Positions 54,815-64,000 of a DNA stretch of 64,000 bases are shown piece after piece. Source of the stretch: Guillardia theta CCMP2712 (lineage: Eukaryota; Protista; Cryptophyta); NCBI RefSeq assembly GCF_000315625.1, contig NW_005434620.1, forward strand, positions 334,747 to 398,746, in the 5' to 3' direction. The notes beneath the pieces are model-generated. The model was not told the DNA's origin. It worked only from the letters and a program-made list of their open reading frames with translations, and made no database searches. The stretch's first letter is position 1, and every line of letters starts with the position of its first letter. The position numbers and the translations under genes are program-made.

Positions 54815-57800
54815 ATGCTTGCTCGTACCACTGCTCCTCAACCTGGATACTCTACCTTGCTCCTGCTCATCTCTCTAGATCTACTTCAGACATCCTTCTC
54901 ATATCATTGCACCAAACCGTCAACCAATCAGGCCAATTCAATCAGAGTCTGCGGTCTTCAGGCAGACGTGACGTCGGATGGCCAAACCATAAGCTACTAT
55001 ACAACCAATTCAGATGGATCGGAGCGACGAGATGCGATATTCAAGATTATACCGAATTATTTGAGAGAGATTGACATGGCAGAAAGGACAGTAGGGACGC
55101 AAGGCAGCGCCAAGATTAAGCATTCTGTCCAACAATTCTCCTCGCAAGACTATTCATGGCAAGCTTATCCAGCTACTTCAGCTACATCTCTGTACAAGTC
55201 AAACGAAACAGGCTGGCCTGAACAGAAGGATCCCAGTCTCAAGGTCATGCGTCATACGTTGTTTTCAGGACAGATCGATGGATCGACTATCGTGAACAAA
55301 TACCAGATTGATGTCTTCACGTTCATGAACAACGGGACATGGGTAGACTTGACCACAAAGCAGCAAATGACTGTATACTGTGGCAATATTGCCATTGTGC
55401 AAAGTATCGAGAACTGGAATTTCTGCGGGAGGTCAACCCAGGCGCAAGCTGCTTGTGAATCAGGTGCTCAGGGCTCGGCGTTAGACCTGGGTATCAAGCT
55501 TGCTGGCGGGAACTCATGGACATCTCACAACATCTCGGGGAAGCAGGGTTTGCAATACAGGTAGGGGAAGGATGCTTGCTCTGATCCGTCTCTGACTTGA
55601 TCCACAAGTTTCAAGACTAGTGTTGGGACTAAGAACATCATGAAACCCGGGACGAGGTTTGCCGCATCGCAAGATGGCAGTATTATGGTACTCTCAGTAT
55701 GTCGAATAGCTCATCACGATTCTGATTTCTCCCTGTAGGTGATCAGAATTACAATCTCATGGATTCGCTAAATTCTTACTGCAAAAAATATTACAAGCCT
55801 GATTTGAGTAGTTACAAGCAAGACTCATACTTGCAATACTGCCGTTACCAAGATTGTGATCAACGTTCGTCAAACAAGTGCAAATACACTGATCAGAATG
55901 GCTTCTGTTATTCAGGTGATCTTCTTTTGGGAGAGTTGGCTCCAATTCATTCTAACGGCTTTCTTTCACATTCAGATGAAGCACAGGCATATTGCGAGCA
56001 AGCGAAGACTGATCCCAGGTGTTTCACGAACGCCTTCACTTTGTATGGTTTATGCACGGGTTATTACAATCCAGGTATTTCTATCTGCATACTTTTCTGT
56101 TTTTCCCTTGATGTTTGCAATTTTTAGTTCCTGCCGAGAGCCGGCCGCCCCCGAACACGAATGTTGGTTGGGCAAGAAACCAGCTAGCGGTTTTCATGAG
56201 CTTCTCTCAAGACTGCTCTTGATCTGAATATCGCCTTTTACAGACATGGGCCGAATATCCCAGCGACCAGAATCCAGGTACATCCTGTCCTAGTTTGAGG
56301 TGCTTTGTTGTTGATGATTCCCCAAGGTTCTTTCTGTGGTCTAGACCAGGGCGGATCCACCTACACCTCAAGCACGCAAGACTCCACTGCAGGCGCTTCA
56401 TCAGTCTCATCCTCAAACCTGCAATGCTCGATAATCTCAGAAAGACTCCAGTGCAAGGCCCAGACATCCTGTACTTGGCAGACGGCGTGTGCTTGCATAC
56501 CTTCGAAATGTTTGTGTGGAGACGACTGCTGCATTTCTGGTCGGTGTGACGACCAGTACAAGCTTGGGTGTGGAGCTATCGGTGATAGGACCACATGCAA
56601 GAGCACGACGGGCTGCAGCTGGCAGACTGCGTGCGGTTGTATTCCAAACTTGTGCCTCTGCGGAGATGACTGCTGCATCTTTGGAATCTGTCAGAGTGGT
56701 ACACTGGCCACTTGTACTGAGCTCCCCACGTCGACGACCTGCTCTAAAGGCACGAATTGCAAGTATGAGAAGAGTTGCGGATGTATCCCTGCGGAATGCA
56801 CATGCGGAGACAACTGCTGCATTTATAAGAACTGCACCCAACCGACTGCGAAGACTCAAAGCTGCCTCAAATTTGAAGTCACGTGAGTGAATGTTGATGC
56901 TGCTTCTGAGATGTCGCAGCGGATGTTGTGACTTTGACCGCTGAATGATGATCAGCAATGTGTTCAATGCAGCAAGTACTCGTTCATTGATGATGGATTT
57001 TGTGTTGCTTTAGGTTCAATGAGAAGGACGAGGGTCAGACGATGAACCTCAGGCTGCCCTACAACAATCATGTCGACTCTTACGCGTTTTCTTCTCTCCT
57101 TTGGGTGGGAGGAAATGGAGATATGGATGCAGACGGCATTGTCGACGCATTGGAAGGCAGCGACGACGCTGATGCTGATGGGTACAATTCTGCCATTCCT
57201 TGTAAAAAAATTCGTGTTTACTCTTTTCGTATAGGGTTCCCAATTTCATGGACGAAGATTCAGACGGTGATTGAACTCCGTTTGTTCTTCCCTTCCCATC
57301 TCGCCCTTCAACCATTGTGTTCCTCCTTCCCCGCCCCCCCCCCTCCATCTCGCCCATCAACTGTACCTTGTCTTGGTTCTTCTCTTGGCACTCTAGTCTT
57401 TGCGCTCCTCTGGTAGAGTTTACAGCCTTTCTGACCCAAGTCATCGCCCAGGGGATGGACTCAGAGACTCCACTGAGGGTGTGGGAGACGTTGACAACGA
57501 TCAGATCCCCAACTTCCTCGACAACGACAGTGACGGTAGGTAACGTTACAAGATGTCGTTGGATGAGGCTCGGTTGCAGGCGACGGCATCTCCGATTACG
57601 AGGAAGGAGCAGCGACGTGCTATGGAGATGTGATTGACTTTGACCATGATGGAGTGCCGGATTACCTCGACGAAGACAGCGACAACGATGGGATCTCTGA
57701 CAAGAAGGAGAGTCAAAACGTCCCCCGCGATCCTGACGGCGATGGGATGCCGAATTGGAGGTACTCGAGCTCGAGGACGAGGATGGTTGTCCAGTGATGC

Positions 57801-60800
57801 TCATGATCTTGTAGAGATCTCGACTCGGACAACGACAATCTTCTTGATTCGTATGAGGGGATCGGAGATCCCGACGGTGACGGTATTCCAAACTTCCTCG
57901 ACAAGGACAGTGATGGTGAAACCCATCTCTTCCCTCCATGCTCGTGCGTTGACTCGCCGCTACTTGTTGTAGGCGATTCGATCCCTGACATCGTTGAGGG
58001 ATCGGGTGACGTGGACAAAGACGGGATCCCCAACTTCCTGGACCTTGACAGTGACAGTAAGGATGCCCTTGAAGTCATCACCCGACTTTCTGACCCTCTG
58101 ACCTCAGACGACATGATACCCGACGTGGAAGAAGGCACATCAGACATGGACAAGGACGGCATACCCAACTACCTTGACATGGACAGCGACGGGGACGGGA
58201 TCCTGGACTCTATCGAGACTAACAAGACAGGGGCCAACGGGGCCCCTAGGTACCTCAACTTGGACTCAGACGGGGACACGCTGCCGGATAGCAAGGAAGG
58301 GCTTCAGGATCCGGATGGAGATGGCATCCCTAACTGCTACGATCTTGACAGCGACGGTGAAGCATCGTCGGGCCGTGCCCGCTAACTTGTTCCTTCTGAC
58401 GGCTCTGCTGGGCAGGCGACGAACTCCTGGACGAGTACGAGTACAACATCACCATCGTGCTGAGGAATGCCAGCTTGCAGGATGAGGACAGAGATGGGCT
58501 GCCCAACTGGGTAGACACGGATTCCGACGGAGACGGCGTCCCTGATGCGATCGAAAAAGCTCACCATATAAACAGTGAAGGTGTACCCGCTTTCCTCGAC
58601 CCTCTCTATCCCAACCAAGAGAACACAATCTGCGTTTCGAGGTGCCCCGCGCCTCTCCCCAACAGGTCCAACGGAGCCGATCTCGATTCTGACAACGGTG
58701 AGTGGAGGACGTGACTTGTTGTCTTGCATGCTACCATGCTCTCACGTTTCCTCACCCTGTTGATGGTGCACCCTTGCTCAATCTTCTCCCCCATCCTCTC
58801 CATTGCTTTCCTCCTCGTCTGCATGCTTGATAGGATCATCTTCCGCTGAGCTGAACTGCTTGTAGATGGTCTACCGGACGAAGTTGAAGGAACCGTTGAC
58901 ACAGACGGCGACGGCCTTAGAGACTATGAGGATCCTGACTCAGACAATGGTGACGCTGACCGCTTTCATCCTTTTCTCTCTCTTTTCTCGTGTCTTCTTC
59001 CCTCCTTATTTCCCTGCCTCATCCCTTTCCCCTCGAAGCCCATCGCGTCTTTCCATCCTCATCCACATACTTGGCCTCAGGCCTCCTTTCTTCATTCTCC
59101 TTCGCTCACTCGATGCCATCAGATGGCATTCTGGACTGGGACGAGGCAGGAAAGGAGTACCAACAGACCAAGGTATGCTGCCATGACACAGACGGCAACG
59201 GCATACCCGACTTTCGCGATCTGGACTCTGACGGTGAGCACGAGGCTTGACGGTCCGCCTGGCTGATGAAGTTGACAAGGGGATGGGATCGGCGACGATG
59301 TAGAGGGTGCTGAGGATACGGATGGGGATGGGATACCCAACTACCGCGACCTAGACTCTGACAACGTGAGTGCTTCTGCAGCAAGTGATGATGTACTGAC
59401 TTCTCCTCTCCTCCTCTCAGGATGGAACTCCTGACATCGACGAGAGCGAGTCGGAGGACAAGAACCGCAACCAAATCATCGACTTCCTCGACCCTGAGGT
59501 CACCTGCTCTAGACACTACACGCATCAGATCTGGAAAAATGCTTCTCGCGCCACCGACGTGCAGCAAGTGAGCTGCAGCGACTCTGTTGCCAACGGAGGG
59601 ATCTTGTGCGAGAAAGGAGAAGACTCCTGTACCAAATCGATCGATCGCTTTCACGGCAAGGTCGGACAGATCTACACTGTCCTCTGCCCTGCCACTTGCT
59701 CCTACCAGGCTGTGTATGGGCCCGCAAGTCTCGACGGAGGGAAGCCTTGCTCTTTCTCCTCCGGCGCTCAAGTCGCTTTCCTCGATGCCTCCTCCATCTG
59801 TGGAGCTGGGCTCGCGATGGGAGTACTACGGTATGGTGTGACTGGTGTGTTCTCTTTCCAGCTCGTCGAGCCGGTGGAATCATATCCAGCATGCAAGAAC
59901 ATGCCCGTACAGTCGCCTGCTCCTCCCTACTCCGCGGAGACTCTAAGCTTCAGCTGGCCGCAATGGAACTTGTCAAACTCTCCCTCCATGATCAGCTCTT
60001 ACGGCAGCGCTGCTAGCTGCTGCAACTACTCCACATCCACTGCCAACACGACGGCAACGCCGGACGGAGGCGGATGCTGCGCAATCCAACGGTTCCGTCA
60101 GCGATGGGTGGGATCGGCATGGGTGGGAGTCAGAGCCTTTCAGATCCTCCCGGACACCTACGTGGGAGGGTGCGGGGCACATGCCACAGAGAAGCTCTGC
60201 CGGGCAGATGCCGGCTGCGACTACAAGTCGACCTGCGGATGCTTCACGAAGGGTTGCGGATGCAACAACGAGCTGTGCTGTGTGAAAGGGAGGAACGACA
60301 CGCAGGGGGAGGTGCCGCTCTGTGTAGATCGGTGCAGCCCCCTTGACATCGTCCCCAAGAACGTCACCACCTGGCCGATCAACCTGACTACCTCACTCGG
60401 CCCCTCGGCTGCCCCAGCTGCCTTCCTGGTCAACCTCAGCACGAGGCCAGCTGACACGGTCTTTGTCAGGGTCTCGAGCGAGCAGTGCCAACTCAACGTG
60501 ACGGAGGGCAGCGATTTGATCTTCACTCAGAACAACTGGAGCGATGCCAAGGAGGTCCTGGTGAACGGGCGAGCATGTACTGGAGGGTCCGAAGACTCTG
60601 AGACACACAGGACATACGAGGTCTCGCTGTCGGTAACCAGCTCGGACGAAGAGTACCACCTTATCCCGGTGCCGGGTGTTCCCATCACCATCCTTTCCAC
60701 TGCATGTCCTCCCCTAAAGATCCCGCAAGGTGTCGTCGTCGTGTCCTCCAGCGGCAGCACCGGCGGCGGCGTGCCGGATCCCAGCTTCATCCTCATTCTG

Positions 60801-63800
60801 AACTACTACTGCCGCCGCTACTACCAGGAGGAAGACAACGTCGACCAAGCCGAGCACTACTTGAGCAAGTGCAAGGCACAGGACTGCGATCAGAGGATGG
60901 AGAAGATAGGGTGTCCGTACACAGACCAGAACGGCTTCTGCTATGCCGAGTCAGGAATCGCCTACTGCTCATCCCATCCCACCGACCCTCGCTGCTATGT
61001 GGGCGTTAAGTCCCTCTATGGACAGTGCGCAAACCTCGTCTACTACCTGCAAGGCAACAGCTCTGCCGAACAGACAACTTCCAAGACCTGCCCCAACCAG
61101 GCAGGAGCAACGTGTGAGCTCAAGTGCGAGGAAGGGAAGGTCCCCCAGGACACGGTTAAGCTGCAATGTAACGCTGCCACAAGGCAGTGGGAGGGGAAGA
61201 TGCCCTCCTGCTCATGCTCCTCGGGATACTACACCTCTGCCTCGTCCTGCGTCCCCTGCTCCACGTACAGCTGCTCCACTGGCTACTACAGGTCAGCCTG
61301 CAGCCAGGACAAGGACTCTGTGTGTGTCCCCTGTACAAAGAAGCCAGAAAACGCAGAATTTTCACGCACTACGGATCAGCTCAAGGATGATTCCTGCCCA
61401 TGGTCGTGCTCGACCGGCTACTGGCGATCAGGAGATGTCTGCAAGACATGCTCTCGCTTCGTGTGCCCCATCGGGCAATACAGAGGCGCCTGCACCTCAA
61501 CTGCCGATGCATCTTGCGTGCCATGCACAGATAGCAAACCGGCGCATGCTGTCTGGTCGAGTGCAGGATCGCCCTTCGACAAGGACAACTGTCAGTGGAC
61601 GTGCGATACTGGGTTCTTCCTCGATTCCTCCAACAAGCTCTGCGTCACCGACATTCTGCACTCTCTCGTAGTGGATGTGCCTGACACAGACATATCCGAG
61701 GCAGGGAAGACGACGACGATCAAGGTCAAGCTCTCAAGACCTCCAACCTCAACTGTAACAGTGAAGTTTGCTGACAACTCTCATGTCCGAGCCTCGTTGA
61801 ACAGCTTTGACTTCGACAGCAGCAACTGGAATACTTCCATCACCATCGTCGTTTCCGCGGTTGACGATTCCATCCGTCAGGGTCCACATAGCAGCTCCAT
61901 CATCATCACAACCTCAAGCGATGACTCTGACTGGGACTTCAGTAACCCTCGAACTGTTTCGTTCAACATCGCAGACAACGATTGTTCCAGCCTACGACTC
62001 TCGCAGTTTGCTAAATTGTTGGATTGTCAGACCACGTACGGGCTCAACTGCTCCATCACGTGCAAGCAAGGGTACGAGCCCTCCAACATCACAACCTTGA
62101 GCTGCACCCCGACAGACTGGGATCGACTCCCTCCCTCATGCTCTCAGTGCTCTTCCAACTACTTCCAGGGAGCTGGCAAGGAGTGTCTCCGATGCTCTGA
62201 AGGTCCGTGCGCAATCGGGTACTACAGGGGCCCATGCCAGGACCAGGCGGACGCGGATTGCCGCCCATGTACCAACCCGCTTCCTCTCAACAGCCGCTAC
62301 ATCAGCAGCGGCTCTCCCCCGTCGGAGAACAACTGCCAGTGGGCTTGCAACCAAGGGTACGACCAGCACAACACCTCCTGCGTCCTGATGCCTCAGCCTC
62401 GTCTCGATGTCATCACGAAGAATATCAGCACCTCGGAGCAGGTCGGCAGCAATCCAGCCTGGTTCCAGCTGCGCCTGTCCAGGGCACCGACGAGCGACGT
62501 GACAGTGCGGGTGCAAGTGGACAGCCACCTCACGAATGTTGGGAGCGCCGTCTACACCTTCACATCTGCCAATTACCTCAACTACCAGGACCTCTTCCTG
62601 TACGCTGTTGACGACCACATCTATCAGGGCCTCCATAGCGGCACCTTCTACCTCTCCATCGTCACAGACGACATCCTGTACAAGTCCATCGGGCCGTTGA
62701 ACTTCTCAGTGGACATCATCGACAACGATTGCCGCGAGCTCACTGCCCCGCTGCGAGGAAAGATCGTCTCCTGCAACAACTCCTTTCAGGGCTCCTGCGT
62801 CTTCGAGTGCGACGAGGGATACGCTCCCATCGGTCAGATCCAGCTCACCTGCCTGCCCGACCTGGCCCGTTGGTCCCAGCTCCCTCCCACCTGCTCCTCT
62901 TGCGCTCCGGAGTACTTCCTCAATGGAGGGGCATGCAATCCTTGCAACCAGTCGGCTTGTCCTCCCGGCACGTACAGAAGCGCGTGCGGCGCCATGGAAG
63001 ACAGCTACTGCCAAGTGTGCACGCAGAAGCCCAACAGCTCTAGATTCGTTTCCGCGGCCAACCCGATCAACGCAGACAACTGCGGCTGGGGATGTAACCC
63101 CGGTTACTACCAGTCGGGCAAGACGTGCAGCCCCTGCTCGACTAGCACGTGCCCAGCTGGGCAATACCGGACTGGGTGTAAGCAGGTGGGCTCTTTGAAA
63201 GATTCCACCTGTGTGCCCTGCACGAACCAGATCCCAACCAACAGCAACTACTCGAGCCCCGGGCAGCCGTTTGACAGCAACAACTGCGGTTGGACCTGCA
63301 ACAAGGGATACTACAAGAACTCCAGCGACCTCTGCACCCCTGACGTCATCCCTGCTGTGGTGGTGGACAGGAGCAACATCCCGACTCTGAGCGAGGCCTC
63401 AGACAAGGTGTCTGCCTCTATTCCCGTCAAGCTCTCCAAGGCGCCTTCTGCTGACGTCACCATCACCCTGACCTCCTCTGATGCTCTCATCCTCTCCTCT
63501 CCGACAGTGTTGACCTTCACGTCGACAAACTGGAACGTAGAGCAGATGGTCGTGGTACTGCCTTACAACGACCAGATCAAGCAGGGGACACACAGTGGGA
63601 ATGTCTCGTTCTCCGTCGCTTCTACAGACTCTGGCTACAACCAGATCTCTGTGGACCAGCTGACGGTCAGCGTCCTGGATAACGACTGCCAACCTCTGAA
63701 GGCTCCTCCCAACTCTTCCTTGGTTGTGTGCAACAGCTATTATGGGGGCGAGTGTACCATCCAGTGTGACGTGGGAAGGAGCCCGAGCGAACCTTACACA

Positions 63801-64000
63801 ATGATCTGTCTCTCGTCAACAGCGGACTGGAGCAGGGAGATGGTCGACTGCTCCTCTTGTGCTCAGGGCTATTACTCCTCAGGAGCAGGCTGCGTCGCAT
63901 GCAGCCTTTCCACCTGCCCTCTTGGCACCTATCAGGTCAGTTGCACACCAAACACACAGCCATCTTGTGTTGCATGCACAAACAAACCTGCCAACTCCAT
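54815..64000 (+). CDS. Giant extracellular multidomain protein (signal peptide, Cys-rich repeats, TSP3-like DxDxDG Ca-binding repeats, Sushi, TNFR/GCC-like and Calx-beta/Ig-like repeats); 3'-partial
   Basis: Signal [18 protein letters not shown]. Three CxW/YQ/ExxCxCIPxxCxCGDD/NCCI repeats (56440-56835). Many DSDGDGIPDxxEG..[12 protein letters not shown] repeats (57115-59500). A long uninterrupted frame from ~60050 to the window end, absent from the ORF track, contains repeated LTFTxxNW...DNDC and CxxCxxxxCxxGxYRxxC modules. Confidence 0.85.

Noticed and set aside
59106-63900. Numerous minus-strand and alternative-frame ORFs
   Set aside because: Shadows of the long GC-rich plus-strand exon of the giant surface protein.

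Overview
Eukaryotic nuclear DNA, gene-dense, with many short GT-AG introns and CT/GA microsatellite-rich introns. The gene families and sequence style suggest a cryptophyte alga such as Guillardia theta; this is inference. About 20 spliced genes were reconstructed by eye, so exon boundaries are approximate. They include the 3' part of an NALCN/Cch1-like four-domain cation channel with an atypical selectivity filter, an RFWD3-like RING-WD40 ligase, a secreted Hedgehog-type Hint (Hog) protein, an LRR protein, a rhodanese, XRCC3 and a nearly intronless membrane-anchored multicopper oxidase. Further along are a CGRRF1/MGRN1-type RING ligase, a PC-esterase/NXPE-like protein, a SAM-like protein, a signal-anchored TTL-like protein with degenerate catalytic residues, a plastid-targeted flavin reductase, WDR61/Ski8, an intronless Myb/SANT-like gene and a giant multidomain extracellular protein that runs off the window. 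The most unusual locus is 24.6-29.4 kb. Three near-identical intron-containing RWP-RK transcription-factor genes (one inverted) surround a frameshifted Crypton-type tyrosine-recombinase gene, which the ORF track shows only as fragments, and a 49-bp tandem array follows. An assembly gap lies at 48798-49428.
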